A stretch of DNA of 64,000 nucleotides from an uncultured Parolsenella sp. (GCF_934660935.1 NZ_CAKUIH010000005.1:107848-171847), one strand, 5' to 3'. Shown: positions 36,134-46,195, numbered from the stretch's first letter. The notes: a model not told the origin generated them from the letters alone. Numbers and translations: made by a program.

Positions 36134-36285
36134 GCGCACGCCCGGCACAGCGCCGCGAACGCGACAGAAGGCACGTTGCCTTCCTCATCCGCTCACGCAG
36201 CCCTTTCCGGACTCTCCACATCCGTGCGCTATCATGACGAGGTTCGCGCCCCAAGGCGGATCCCACCCCAACGGAAGGCAACTCC

Positions 36286-37695
36286 ATGGCAAACGCCACC
36301 GCAATCATCCTCGCCGCCGGCGAGGGCACGCGCATGAAGTCCAGTCACGCCAAGGTCTCCCACGAGATTCTCGGCAAGCCGATGATCCGCTGGGTGGCGG
36401 ACGCCGCCATCGCGGGCGGCTGCGACCGCGTGGTCATCGTTGTCGGCAGTCACGCTGATGAGGTCCGTGCCATCGTCGACGCCGCCTACGCCGGCTCCGC
36501 AACTGCGGTCGAGTGCGTCGAGCAGGCCGAGCGCAAGGGCACGGGCCACGCCGTCAAGGTCGCCCTCGAGGCCACCGGCATCGACGAGGGTCCCGTCGTG
36601 GTCCTCAACGGCGATCTTCCGCTGGTCACCGCCGAGACCGTTCGCTCCTTCGCCGAGTCCGTCTCCGCCGGCAACGCCGCGGCGACCGCCTTCACCATCA
36701 CCCCGCCCGACCCGTTCGGCTATGGCCGCATCGTCCTCGCAGAGGACGGCACCATCGAGCGCAACATCGAGCAGAAGGACTGCACGCCCGAGCAGGCGGC
36801 AACGCTCCTCGAGTGCAATGCCGGCTGCTACGCCTTCGACGGCGCCCAGCTCGCCGCCCACATCGGCGAGGTCGGGTGCGACAACGCCCAGGGCGAGTAC
36901 TACCTGCCCGACATGCTCGAGATCCTCAAGTCCCACGGCCAGGCCGTTCGCGCCTTCCACTGCGACGACTATCGCGAGGGCCTCGGCGTGAACTCCCGCG
37001 CCCAGCTCGCCCAGCTCACCGCCATCGCGCGCGACCGCATCAACGAGCACTGGATGGCCGAGGGCGTCACCTTCATCGACCCCGTCCAGGCCTGGATCGG
37101 CCCGGACGCCACCATCGGCCGCGACACCGTCGTCTGGCCCCAGACCCACCTCATCGGCGAGTGCCACATCGGCACGGATTGCCAGCTCGGCCCCAACAGC
37201 CGCCTCACCAACACGAGCGCCGGCAACGGCTGCGTCATCGACGAGACCGTCGCCATCGACGCCAAGCTCGAGAACGCCGTCGATTGCGGCCCGCGCGCCT
37301 ACCTGCGCCCCGGCACTCACATGCTCAACGGCTCCAAGGCTGGCACGCACGTCGAGATCAAGAAGTCCACGATCGGCGAGGGTTCCAAGGTCCCGCACCT
37401 CTCCTACATCGGCGACACCACGATGGGCAGCGGCGTCAACATGGGAGCCGGCTCCATTACCTGCAACTATGATGGCGTCCACAAGCACAAGACGGTCATC
37501 GGCAACGACGTCTTCGTCGGCTCGGACACCATGATCGTGGCCCCGGGCGAGATTGGCGACGGTGCCCTCGTCGCCGCCGGATCCGTCATCACCAAGCCCG
37601 TCTCCGCAGACGCGCTCGCCATCGGCCGCGCCCGCCAGACCGAGATCGCAGGCTGGGCTTCGAAGCACTTCGAAGCCCTTCGCACACAGAAATAA
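36286..37695 (+). CDS. glmU: Bifunctional UDP-N-acetylglucosamine diphosphorylase / glucosamine-1-phosphate N-acetyltransferase
   Basis: The N-terminus is AIILAAGEGTRMKS. The C-terminal left-handed beta-helix hexapeptide repeats are present. The glmU-prs-pth order is conserved. Confidence 0.95.
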   Translation: MANATAIILAAGEGTRMKSSHAKVSHEILGKPMIRWVADAAIAGGCDRVVIVVGSHADEVRAIVDAAYAGSATAVECVEQAERKGTGHAVKVALEATGIDEGPVVVLNGDLPLVTAETVRSFAESVSAGNAAATAFTITPPDPFGYGRIVLAEDGTIERNIEQKDCTPEQAATLLECNAGCYAFDGAQLAAHIGEVGCDNAQGEYYLPDMLEILKSHGQAVRAFHCDDYREGLGVNSRAQLAQLTAIARDRINEHWMAEGVTFIDPVQAWIGPDATIGRDTVVWPQTHLIGECHIGTDCQLGPNSRLTNTSAGNGCVIDETVAIDAKLENAVDCGPRAYLRPGTHMLNGSKAGTHVEIKKSTIGEGSKVPHLSYIGDTTMGSGVNMGAGSITCNYDGVHKHKTVIGNDVFVGSDTMIVAPGEIGDGALVAAGSVITKPVSADALAIGRARQTEIAGWASKHFEALRTQK

Positions 37696-37703
37696 GGCAA
37701 TCG

Positions 37704-37733
37704 ACCGCCGCGGCAAGCACCCGCGGCGGTTTG
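37704..37733 (+). terminator. Hairpin after glmU
   Basis: accgccgcgg caagcac ccgcggcggt is a 10-bp stem followed by ttgtat. Confidence 0.5.
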
Positions 37734-37836
37734 TATGAAGTACCATAGAGGGGCATGCGACGTTTCGACGCCGTAGCCGGATTCCCCCACCGGCAGTTTT
37801 TGGCCACGTACTCTCTTACGAAAGGGCGGCACTCAG

Positions 37837-38829
37837 ATGTACGAAGACCTCGACCAGCTTGTTACCATCAAGAAGCGCCTGAGGATCTACAGCGGATCGA
37901 GCAACCCCAAGCTCGCTGCAGATATCGCGAAGATTTTGGGCGTCGAGGTTGATGGCCTCGTGCTCGAGCAGTTCGCCAACGGCGAGATCTACGCTCGCTT
38001 TGACGAGACCGTCCGCGGTTGCGACGTGTTCTTCATCCAGTCCATCGTTGGCAAGAACGTCAACGACCTCATGATGGAGACCCTTATCGTCGCCGACGCC
38101 GCGCACCGCGCCTCCGCCCGCTCCGTCACCGCGGTCATCCCCCACTACGCCTACGCCCGTCAGGATCGCAAGGCCGGCCCGCGCGAGCCGATCACCGCTC
38201 GCCTCGTCGCCAACCTGCTCGAGTGCGCCGGCGTTGACCGCGTCATCACGCTTGACCTGCACCAGGGCCAGATCGAGGGCTTCTTCGACGTCCCCGTCAA
38301 CCACCTCACCGCGCTCCCGCTCTTCGGCCAGTACTTCATGAAGAAGAACTTCGACTGGGAGAACACCGTCGTCGTCTCCCCCGATGTGGGCCGCGCCAAG
38401 GCCTGCAAGAAGCTGTCCGATCAGCTCGGCTGCGACCTCGCGATCGCCCACAAGGGCCGTCCGCACCACAACCAGGCCGAGGTCATGGGCATCATTGGTG
38501 ACATCAAGGACAAGACCTGCATCATCAACGATGACATGATCGACACCGCGGGCACGCTCTGCGCCGCCATCCGCGAGCTCAAGTCCATGGGCGCCGGCGA
38601 CATCTATGTGTGCGCCACCCACGGCATCTTCTCCGGCCCGGCCATCGAGCGCCTGAATGACGCCCCCATCGTCGAGTGCGTCGTGACCGACTCCGTGCCC
38701 CAGCCCGAGGAGAACCTCCAGGGCAAGGTCTCCACGATCAGCGTCGCCAACGAGATCGCCGAGTGCATCTACCATGTCTTCACCGAGACGAGCGTCTCCG
38801 GCATGGTCGGCGGCCGTTTCGCGCTCTAA
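37837..38829 (+). CDS. prs: Ribose-phosphate pyrophosphokinase
   Basis: The sequence shows a typical Prs pattern (FANGEIYARF, HYAYARQDRK, DLHQGQIEGFF, DDMIDTAGT). Confidence 0.95.
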   Translation: MYEDLDQLVTIKKRLRIYSGSSNPKLAADIAKILGVEVDGLVLEQFANGEIYARFDETVRGCDVFFIQSIVGKNVNDLMMETLIVADAAHRASARSVTAVIPHYAYARQDRKAGPREPITARLVANLLECAGVDRVITLDLHQGQIEGFFDVPVNHLTALPLFGQYFMKKNFDWENTVVVSPDVGRAKACKKLSDQLGCDLAIAHKGRPHHNQAEVMGIIGDIKDKTCIINDDMIDTAGTLCAAIRELKSMGAGDIYVCATHGIFSGPAIERLNDAPIVECVVTDSVPQPEENLQGKVSTISVANEIAECIYHVFTETSVSGMVGGRFAL

Positions 38830-38851
38830 GGCGTCCCCAAGCAAGCAACAG

Positions 38852-38884
38852 GGCCGCGCGCTCACCTGGGCGCGCGGCCTTTCT
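38852..38884 (+). terminator. Hairpin terminator after prs
   Basis: ggccgcgcgc / gcgcgcggcc form a 10-bp stem with an 8-nt loop, followed by tttct. Confidence 0.6.
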
Positions 38885-38898
38885 CATGAAGGAGCATC

Positions 38899-39525
38899 AT
38901 GCCCGCAAAGCCGCAAGCACAACCCGGAACCATCCGCCTGGTCGCAGGCCTCGGCAATCCCGGCGACGAATACGCGAACACCCGCCACAACGCAGGCTTC
39001 CGCGCCATCGACGTGCTGGGCGAGCGCCTGGGAGCCGGCTACTGGAAGAGCCAGTGCGGAGCCGAGGTAGCCATCGTGCGCGTCCGCGGCGAGGAGGGCC
39101 CGCGCGAGGTGGTGCTCGCAAAGCCGCAGAGCTACATGAACACGAGCGGCGGCCCCATCTCCAAGCTCTGCGCCGAGTATCACGTCGCCCCCGACGAGGT
39201 CCTCGTCATCCATGACGAGCTCGACCTCGACCCCGGGGTGGTCCGCGTGAAGTTCGGCGGTGGCCACGCCGGCCACAACGGCCTCAAGTCCATCATCAAC
39301 AAGCTCGGCACCAAGGACTTCTCCCGCATCCGCGCGGGCATCGGTATGCCCCCGGGACGTATGCCCGTCGTGGACTGGGTGCTCAAGGAGTACCGCACCG
39401 GCGAGATGGAAGACGTCCGTCTCGCCGCCGTTGACGCGGCGGACGCCGTCGAGACGTGCCTCGAGCGAGGCGTCATCTTTGCCCGCGACCACATCAACGG
39501 GGCCGGCAAGCCGGGCAGCAGATAG
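38899..39525 (+). CDS. pth: Peptidyl-tRNA hydrolase
   Basis: Motifs are LVAGLGNPGDEYANTRHNAGF and HDELDL. Confidence 0.95.
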   Translation: MPAKPQAQPGTIRLVAGLGNPGDEYANTRHNAGFRAIDVLGERLGAGYWKSQCGAEVAIVRVRGEEGPREVVLAKPQSYMNTSGGPISKLCAEYHVAPDEVLVIHDELDLDPGVVRVKFGGGHAGHNGLKSIINKLGTKDFSRIRAGIGMPPGRMPVVDWVLKEYRTGEMEDVRLAAVDAADAVETCLERGVIFARDHINGAGKPGSR

Positions 39526-39559
39526 CGCACGGCCGCTGAGCCGTAAACGGTAGGTATTC

Positions 39560-39596
39560 GCCCGCGAGCGGCATGACGCTGCTCGCGGGCTTTTTT
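39560..39596 (+). terminator. Rho-independent terminator after pth
   Basis: gcccgcgagc / gctcgcgggc form a 10-bp stem followed by TTTTTT. Confidence 0.8.
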
Positions 39597-39846
39597 CTCC
39601 ACCGGCGCAACGCCCGGGCACCACCGCAGGTCAGCGCGCCGCCGGCCAAAAAGTTGACCTCTAACGCATGGTCATTTAGCCAAATACCCGCAGGTCACAG
39701 GCATTATTGTCAAGACAATTCCGATATCCGAACGCACGCAGCGCGATAGAATTACGTCGTGTGTGCAAACACGCGCCAACGCACGTCGACTCGGGGCAAA
39801 AGGTCGGCGCTCGGGCGCACGAAGCAAGACAGGAGAGGAGATCTGC

Positions 39847-40686
39847 ATGTACAAGATCCTCAAAAAGACGCAGTTCTCGGAGAAGGTGTTCGAGTTTCGC
39901 GTAGAGGCGCCGCAGATGGCGAAGAAGGCTCACGCCGGCCAGTTCCTCATGGTCCGCGCGAACGAGCAGGGCGAGCGCGTCCCGTTCACCCTCGCCGGCT
40001 GGAACGCCGAGGAGGGTTGGGTCGAGTTCATCTTCATGGTGATCGGCAAGACCACCGAGATGCTTTCCGCCTACAACGAGGGTGACGAGCTCCAGGACGT
40101 CACCGGTCCCCTGGGCAACCCCACCGAGATCGAGGGCGACCGCGTCGTCGTGCTCGGCGGCGGCGTCGGCCTGGCCATCGCCTACCCCGTTGCCCGCACC
40201 TTCTGCGAGGAGGGCAAGAAGGTCTCCGTCATCATGGGCGCGCGCACCAAGGACCTGCTCATCCTGACCGACCAGTTCAAGGCGCTCCCGCTCGAGGGTC
40301 TCTACATCACCACGGACGACGGCTCTGAGGGCGAGAAGGGCGTTGTCACCGCTCCGCTCGAGCGCCTCTGCCAGGAGGGTGCCGTCGACGGCGCCTTCTG
40401 CGTTGGCCCCGTCCCGATGATGAAGTTCTCCGCCCTTACGGCCCAGAAGTACAACCTCCCGATCATCGCCAGCCTGAACCCGATCATGGTCGACGGCACC
40501 GGCATGTGCGGCTGCTGCCGCGTCGAGGTTGGCGGCAAGACCCGCTTCGCCTGCGTCGACGGCCCGGATTTCGACGCCACCCAGGTCGACTGGGATGACC
40601 TTCGCGCCCGTCAGGGTTCGTACCGCACCGAAGAGGGCGAGTCCCTCGAGGCTTACAAGGAGGAGAGCTGCGCATGCCACAGGTAA
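39847..40686 (+). CDS. nfnA: Sulfide/dihydroorotate dehydrogenase-like FAD/NAD-binding subunit (NfnA-type ferredoxin-NADP+ oxidoreductase small subunit)
   Basis: ATG 39847 follows GGAGAGGAG. The N-terminus is MYKILKKTQFSEKVFEFRVEAP and the C-terminal 2Fe-2S Cys cluster is GTGMCGCCRV..C. It overlaps the next gene by 13 nt. Confidence 0.8.
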   Translation: MYKILKKTQFSEKVFEFRVEAPQMAKKAHAGQFLMVRANEQGERVPFTLAGWNAEEGWVEFIFMVIGKTTEMLSAYNEGDELQDVTGPLGNPTEIEGDRVVVLGGGVGLAIAYPVARTFCEEGKKVSVIMGARTKDLLILTDQFKALPLEGLYITTDDGSEGEKGVVTAPLERLCQEGAVDGAFCVGPVPMMKFSALTAQKYNLPIIASLNPIMVDGTGMCGCCRVEVGGKTRFACVDGPDFDATQVDWDDLRARQGSYRTEEGESLEAYKEESCACHR

Positions 40687-42083
40687 ACGGTAAGTACAAG
40701 CCCAACATGAAGGCTCCCCGCACCCCTTACGTCGAGGAGCTTCCTGAGGAGCGTGCACAGGACTTCCGTCCGGTCGACCGTGGCTACTCCATGGCCGACG
40801 CCGTGGCCGAGGCCAACCGCTGCCTCGACTGCAAGAACCCCAAGTGCGTCCAGGGCTGCCCGGTCAACATCAACATCCCCGGCTTCATCGAGAAGATCCG
40901 CGAGGGAGACTTCGGTGGCGGCCTCGACATCATTCGCGAGGCGAGCCTGCTTCCCTCCGTCTGCGGCCGCGTCTGCCCGCAGGAGAACCAGTGCGAGGGC
41001 AACTGCGTCCTTAACAACAAGGACCGCGCCATCGCCATCGGCCAGCTCGAGCGCTTCCTCGGCGACAACGCCACCGAGCTCGCCCATGACCCCGAGATCA
41101 AGCCGTCCAACGGCAAGAAGGTCGCCGTCGTGGGCTCCGGCCCCTCCGGCATCGCCTGCGCCGGCGAGCTCGCCCGCAACGGCTATGAGGTCACGGTCTT
41201 CGAGGCCTTCTTCACCGGCGGCGGCGTCCTGACCTACGGCATCCCCGAGTTCCGTCTTCCCAAGGCGATCGTCAAGCGCGAGATCGACGGCCTGGAGAAG
41301 CTCGGCGTCAAGTTCGAGTACAACAGCGTTGTGGGCCGCATCACCGACGCCAAGGAGCTCTTCGAGGAGCAGGGCTTTGACGCCATGTACCTCGCCGTGG
41401 GCGCCGGCCTGCCCAAGTTCCTGAACGTCCCGGGCGAGAACCTCCCCGGCGTCTTCTGCGCCAACGAGTACCTCACCCGCGTGAACCTCATGAAGGCCGA
41501 GAAGTTCCCGGTGTACGACACCCCGACCAAGCACGGCAAGAACGTCGTCGTGTTCGGCGGCGGCAACGTCGCCATGGACGCCGCGCGCACCGCGCTCCGT
41601 CTCGGCGCCGGCACCGTCACCCTCGCCTATCGCCGCACCGAGGAAGAGATGCCCGCCCGTAAGGCCGAGCTCCACCACGCCAAGCAGGAGGGCGTCAAGA
41701 TCCTCCCGCTCGTCTCGCCGCTGGAGTTCGAGGCTGACGAGAATGGCTTCGTGACCAAGGTCAAGCTCGAGAGGATGGAGCTTGGCGAGCCCGACGAGAG
41801 CGGCCGTCGTCGTCCGCACCCGGTCGAGGGTTCCGAGTTCGAGATTCCGTGCGACGTCGCCGTCACGGCCATCGGCACGAACGCCAACCCCTTCCCGAAG
41901 CTCGCCGCCGAGGAAGTCGCCCTCAACAAGTGGGGCTACATCAAGGCAGACGAGAACGGTCGCACGTCTGACCCGCGCATCTGGGCCGGCGGTGACATCG
42001 TCACCGGTGCCGCCACGGTCATCCTGGCCATGGGTGCCGGCAAGAAGGCCGCGCACTCCATGATGGAGGTCCTGGAGGGCTAA
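40674..42083 (+). CDS. nfnB: NADPH-dependent glutamate-synthase small-chain-like oxidoreductase (NfnB-type)
   Basis: Two N-terminal Fe-S Cys motifs are present (CLDCKNPKCVQGCP, CGRVCPQENQCEGNC). The dinucleotide folds are VAVVGSGPSGIACA and VVVFGGGNVAMD. Confidence 0.85.
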   Translation: MPQVNGKYKPNMKAPRTPYVEELPEERAQDFRPVDRGYSMADAVAEANRCLDCKNPKCVQGCPVNINIPGFIEKIREGDFGGGLDIIREASLLPSVCGRVCPQENQCEGNCVLNNKDRAIAIGQLERFLGDNATELAHDPEIKPSNGKKVAVVGSGPSGIACAGELARNGYEVTVFEAFFTGGGVLTYGIPEFRLPKAIVKREIDGLEKLGVKFEYNSVVGRITDAKELFEEQGFDAMYLAVGAGLPKFLNVPGENLPGVFCANEYLTRVNLMKAEKFPVYDTPTKHGKNVVVFGGGNVAMDAARTALRLGAGTVTLAYRRTEEEMPARKAELHHAKQEGVKILPLVSPLEFEADENGFVTKVKLERMELGEPDESGRRRPHPVEGSEFEIPCDVAVTAIGTNANPFPKLAAEEVALNKWGYIKADENGRTSDPRIWAGGDIVTGAATVILAMGAGKKAAHSMMEVLEG

Positions 42084-42112
42084 GCGCCCCTCACGGCATC
42101 ACTAGTACGCCA

Positions 42113-42155
42113 GCGACCCCGAAGCCTCACGGCTCCGGGGTCGCTTTTTGTTTTT
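42113..42155 (+). terminator. Rho-independent terminator after nfnB
   Basis: gcgaccccgaagcc tcac ggctccggggtcgc is a 14-bp stem with one mismatch, followed by TTTTTGTTTTT. Confidence 0.8.
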
Positions 42156-42288
42156 ATAGGCCCGCATGGGGCGGGACGGGGCGTTCGCCCGGACATATCG
42201 CCTCGCGAGCTCCCTTAGCCTCGCATCCACCTCGCCTCGCCGCATGCGGCACTCGGCAAAACGTATTTCTACACAACATCCGAAATCG

Positions 42289-43536
42289 TTAGGCCTCGAG
42301 CTTCTCGATAAGCTCGTCGATGACGGCATGGCAGTCCCCGACCACCTTGTACTGCGCGGCGCCGAAGATCGGGGCGTCGGGGTCATCGTTCACAGCAACG
42401 ATGGTCTGGGCGCCCGAGATGCCCGCGAGGTGCTGGATGGCACCGCTCACGCCAAGGCTCAGCAAGAGCTTCGGCGCCACGGAGACGCCCGTCTGGCCAA
42501 CCTGGTGCGAGTAGTCGAGCCAGCCGGCCTCGACGACCGGACGTGTGCAGCCGATCTCGACCTTGCAACCCAGGCGCTCGCCCAGAAGCTCGACGAGCCT
42601 TCGCACGGGCGCGAGCGCCTTCTTGCTGCCAACGCCACGCCCCACCACGACGAGGACGTCAGCATCGGTGATCGAGCCATCGGTACCCGCCGTCTCGCGA
42701 GAGAGCACGCGCACGCGGCGCTCGACCCCCTCCGCCAAGGGAACGTCCTCGACGACAACGCTCCGCACCTCGCGGGGTTCAGGAGCCGGAAAGATCCCCG
42801 GGCGCACGGTCGCCATCTGCGGGCGGCGACTCGGACAGACGATGGTTGCCATCAGGTTGCCGCCAAACGCCGGACGCGTCTGCTGGAGGAGACCCCTCTC
42901 GGTATCCATCTCGAGAATCGTGCAATCTGCGGTGAGACCGGTCTGGAGGAGAACCGCGACGCGTGGCGCGAGCTCGCGGCCAAAGTTGGTGGCACCGTAG
43001 AGGATGACCTCGGGCTTGCGCTCGAGAGCAAGATCGCAGAGCCACGCGGCGTAGACCTCGGCGTCATTCTCGGCGAGGCGCTCGTCGCGCGTGCGGATGA
43101 CCTCGTCCGCGCCGGCGGCGAGGAGGGTGACGACGTTCGCGTCCACCTCGGCGGCGCCGTCGGCGGTGGCCTCGTCATCGGCAGCGACACCCGCGCCAAG
43201 GGGCTCCCCGAGCACGGCCACGAGCTCGCAGCCGCGCTCGTCGGCGAGCTCGCGCGCCTTGCCCAGCAGCTCACATGCCACGGGCAACACCGCGCCCGCA
43301 GAATCCACCTGCGCGAACACCCAAATGTTCTCGTACTCAGAGAGGTCGACGCCCACGGCGTCCTTCTCGATCGAAAGGGCGCCAACAGGGCACGCGTCGA
43401 CGCACATGCCGCAGCTCACGCAGCCGTCCAGGACATGCGCCTTGCGATCGACGACCTCGATGCCCGCGTTCGCGCACACGCGCTCGCAGCGACGGCACCC
43501 CACGCACTTCTCGGTAGTAACGACCAGACCGCTCAT
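42289..43536 (-). CDS. etfA: Electron transfer flavoprotein alpha subunit with N-terminal 2x[4Fe-4S] ferredoxin domain
   Basis: The two ferredoxin motifs are CVGCRRCERVC and CVSCGMCVDACP. An EtfA body follows (SGAIQHLAGI). Confidence 0.9.
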   Translation of the reverse strand: MSGLVVTTEKCVGCRRCERVCANAGIEVVDRKAHVLDGCVSCGMCVDACPVGALSIEKDAVGVDLSEYENIWVFAQVDSAGAVLPVACELLGKARELADERGCELVAVLGEPLGAGVAADDEATADGAAEVDANVVTLLAAGADEVIRTRDERLAENDAEVYAAWLCDLALERKPEVILYGATNFGRELAPRVAVLLQTGLTADCTILEMDTERGLLQQTRPAFGGNLMATIVCPSRRPQMATVRPGIFPAPEPREVRSVVVEDVPLAEGVERRVRVLSRETAGTDGSITDADVLVVVGRGVGSKKALAPVRRLVELLGERLGCKVEIGCTRPVVEAGWLDYSHQVGQTGVSVAPKLLLSLGVSGAIQHLAGISGAQTIVAVNDDPDAPIFGAAQYKVVGDCHAVIDELIEKLEA

Positions 43537-44318
43537 CGCGCGACCTCCTCGATGACACGCAGCAAGCCCGCGGCCTGCTCGCAGACGGATCCCTCGAGCT
43601 CGACGGCCTCGTTCGAGCGCTCCGGCACGAAGGACCTGACCACCTGCGTGGGCGACCCGTCAAGGCCACAGCGGGCGCGATCGGCTCCCGCTGCCACGGC
43701 ATCAAGAATCTCGACCTCCGCCGCCTCGCCCGCTCGCACGCCGGCGATGCTGGGCATGCGCAGGGTCGCGATGTCCTTCGTCACCGTAATGACCGCAGGG
43801 AGCGGCACCTCGACGACCTCGGCGCCCTCATCCGTGTCGCGACGCACAACAAGCGAACCCTCGCTGGCGTCGATGACCTCCGAGACGCCAGCGACACAGG
43901 GAACGCCCATGATGCCCGCAAGCTCCGGGCCAATCTGCGCCGTGTCGCCATCCACCGCCATCTTGCCGCAAAGAACGAGGTCGGGACGCTCGTCACCCTC
44001 CCCTAACGCAAGCGAGAGGGCATAGGAGGTGGCAAGCGTATCCGCTCCGGCGAACGCGCGGTCCGAGAGGAGCGTCGCCGAGTCCGCACCACGGGCGACG
44101 GCATCGCGCAGGAGGCGCGCCGTATCGGGAATGCCCATCGAGAGCGCGCGAACCGTGCCGCCGAGGCGCTCTTTGAGCTCGAGCGCGACCTCGAGCGCCG
44201 CCGTGTCAAACGGATTCACGACGGACTGACGCCCGTCTCGCACGATCGTGTTGGTCTTGGGATCCATGCGCACCTCGGTGGTGGAGGGCACGGCCTTCAT
44301 GCAGACGACCATCCTCAT
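43533..44318 (-). CDS. etfB: Electron transfer flavoprotein beta subunit
   Basis: The N-terminus is MRMVVCMKAVPS, with NPFD present. It has 4-nt overlaps with both neighbouring genes. Confidence 0.9.
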   Translation of the reverse strand: MRMVVCMKAVPSTTEVRMDPKTNTIVRDGRQSVVNPFDTAALEVALELKERLGGTVRALSMGIPDTARLLRDAVARGADSATLLSDRAFAGADTLATSYALSLALGEGDERPDLVLCGKMAVDGDTAQIGPELAGIMGVPCVAGVSEVIDASEGSLVVRRDTDEGAEVVEVPLPAVITVTKDIATLRMPSIAGVRAGEAAEVEILDAVAAGADRARCGLDGSPTQVVRSFVPERSNEAVELEGSVCEQAAGLLRVIEEVAR

Positions 44319-45991
44319 GCGCGCTCACCGCCCTTCTCGGCATCGGCAGGCGCGACATTCGTCCCGGCGCCTCCACGCTCGCGCGCGTTGGCTCGAGCTG
44401 CCCCCGCGGCGACCATCTCATCCAGCAGCTCTTCACCAAAGAGGTTGCCACGACCGAGCTGGCCCTTGGGGTCGAGCTGGCACTTGAGCCGCGCCATCTC
44501 GCGGATGTGCGCGGGACCATACATCGTCTCGAGGAAGCCGCGCTTGATCTTGCCCACGCCATGCTCGGCAGAGACCGCGCCACCCATGCGCGTGACCTCC
44601 GCCGCCCAGTCGGCGAAGAGCTTCTTGCCGGCGGCAAAGTCGCGTGAATCGCGAGGCAGCACGTTCACGTGCAGGTGATTGTCACCGATGTGCCCCCACG
44701 CGGCGCTTTCGAGGCCCGCCTCGGCAAGCGTGCGACGGTAGAGCGACACGACGTCATGCAGGCGCTCGTCCGGCACGGACATGTCGCTCCCCAGCTTCGT
44801 GATGGAGGGATCGATTCTGCGGCGCTCGTCAATGAGCATGTTCACGCTCTCCGGAACGGCGTGACGGAAGAAACGCTGGCACTCACGGTCCACGTCCGTG
44901 CGCGCGACCCAAGTGTCAACCTCGCTCGCCCCCACCTCGGCCATGGCATCACCAATCGTGTAGAGCTCGGAGGCCGCCTCTGCCTCGTCGTTGCAATCGA
45001 GCTCGACGTAGACGCAGCACGCAAAGCGCTCCTCCACGGAAGGAAGGCTCGAGAAGGCGGCGCTGTTCTCGCGCTGGGAGCGCAGGATCGAGAGGGCACC
45101 GTCGTCAAAGTACTCGATAGCCTTCGCGCACGAGAGACGCGGGCGCACCGCGCAGGTGAAGTCGAGCGCTGCCGTCTCGCTCTCGAAGAAGCAACTCACG
45201 CCCCACACGACTGCCGGCGCCGGTGTAAGGGCGAGCTCAACCTCACTCACCACGCCAAGCGTGCCGTCAGACCCTACGAACAGGTCGACGGCGTCCATGT
45301 CATCCTCCACGAAGTAGCCGGAGGCGTTCTTGGTCTTGGGCATCTCATACGTGGGGAGGTCGAGCGCGATCTCGCGGCCACCCTCCGTCACGAGCGTGAG
45401 CGTGCGACCACACGCGTGCACCTCGCCGCGACGCAGCGCGACGACATCGCCATCCGCGAGCACGACGCGCAGGGCGCTCACGTGAGGACGCACGGGACCG
45501 TAGCCGTAGCTGCGGGCTCCAGAGGCGTTGCAGGCCACCATGCCGCCGATACAGGCGCTCGTCTCCGTTGGGTCCGTGGGAAAGAACTGTTCGGGACCGG
45601 CATAGAGCTCCTCAAGCGCCGCCAGGCCCTCCTTGTCCCAGCCCGCCGTGGGAATGGCCTTGTTCGCTAGGGCCTTGCGCAGGTTGGCGAGGACGACGCC
45701 CGGCTGGACGCGCAGGTAGAACCTGCCGTCCTCATCTCGCCGAAGCCCAAGATAGCCGTCCATGCGCGCGAGGCTCATGACATGGCCGCCGTGCGGGACG
45801 GCACCAGCGGCAAGACCGGTCCTCGCACCCTGGACGGTCACGGGGCCTCCCGCGACGGACGCCTCGCGCAAGACGGCACGAATCTCGTCCTCACTCACGG
45901 GAAAGGAAATGCTCTCCGCCTCTCCCGCGCTGCGCGACTCATCGCGAACGTATTCCTCGTATTCCGAGGTAAAGGGTCTGACTTGCACCAT
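44315..45991 (-). CDS. FAD-binding (GlcD/LctD-type) lactate/2-hydroxyacid dehydrogenase partnered with EtfAB
   Basis: Start taken at ATG 45991 (MVQVRPFTSEYEEY...) after AAGAGG. The FAD-binding PCMH-type domain has VTVQGARTGLAAGAVP. The annotated 1008-aa ORF continues upstream only because the GC-rich frame lacks stop codons. Confidence 0.8.
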   Translation of the reverse strand: MVQVRPFTSEYEEYVRDESRSAGEAESISFPVSEDEIRAVLREASVAGGPVTVQGARTGLAAGAVPHGGHVMSLARMDGYLGLRRDEDGRFYLRVQPGVVLANLRKALANKAIPTAGWDKEGLAALEELYAGPEQFFPTDPTETSACIGGMVACNASGARSYGYGPVRPHVSALRVVLADGDVVALRRGEVHACGRTLTLVTEGGREIALDLPTYEMPKTKNASGYFVEDDMDAVDLFVGSDGTLGVVSEVELALTPAPAVVWGVSCFFESETAALDFTCAVRPRLSCAKAIEYFDDGALSILRSQRENSAAFSSLPSVEERFACCVYVELDCNDEAEAASELYTIGDAMAEVGASEVDTWVARTDVDRECQRFFRHAVPESVNMLIDERRRIDPSITKLGSDMSVPDERLHDVVSLYRRTLAEAGLESAAWGHIGDNHLHVNVLPRDSRDFAAGKKLFADWAAEVTRMGGAVSAEHGVGKIKRGFLETMYGPAHIREMARLKCQLDPKGQLGRGNLFGEELLDEMVAAGAARANARERGGAGTNVAPADAEKGGERA

Positions 45992-46195
45992 GCGAACCTC
46001 TTTCGCGCCGCCAGTTTGTAGGGAGCCACGATACGCGCCATAGGTTGCCGTTTCGTTTCTCGAATTAACGTATCTCGGATGCGTTGCTCGATATCGCACG
46101 ACAAACGGGCGAATACGCGGCATAATGGTCAGAAAAGTTCGCGCGGTCCCACCCAAACGCCGCGCCCATCCCACTAGTTCAGGAGGCAGCGCCGC

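Noticed and set aside
35948-36285. tRNA-Gln as an integration site of a genomic island
   Set aside because: There is no integrase, excisionase or phage gene on either side. By eye I found no second copy of the tRNA 3' end elsewhere in the window. The flanking genes (HAD hydrolase, glmU) look like core genes.
36232-38865. Long minus-strand ORFs (504 aa and 349 aa) antisense to glmU and prs
   Set aside because: glmU and prs are unambiguous on the plus strand. The antisense frames are G/D/A/V-rich low complexity.
40653-44025. Long ORFs antisense to nfnB (467 aa, minus) and to etfA/etfB (619 aa, plus)
   Set aside because: The reasoning is the same. Recognisable Fe-S/FAD proteins lie on the opposite strand and these frames have no RBS.
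45992-46195. Purine (guanine/xanthine) riboswitch upstream of xpt
   Set aside because: xpt is often riboswitch-controlled in Firmicutes. The conserved junction sequences (TATAAT..GGATATGG..GTTTCTACC..CCGTAAA..ACTAT pattern) are not visible in this 204-bp spacer.
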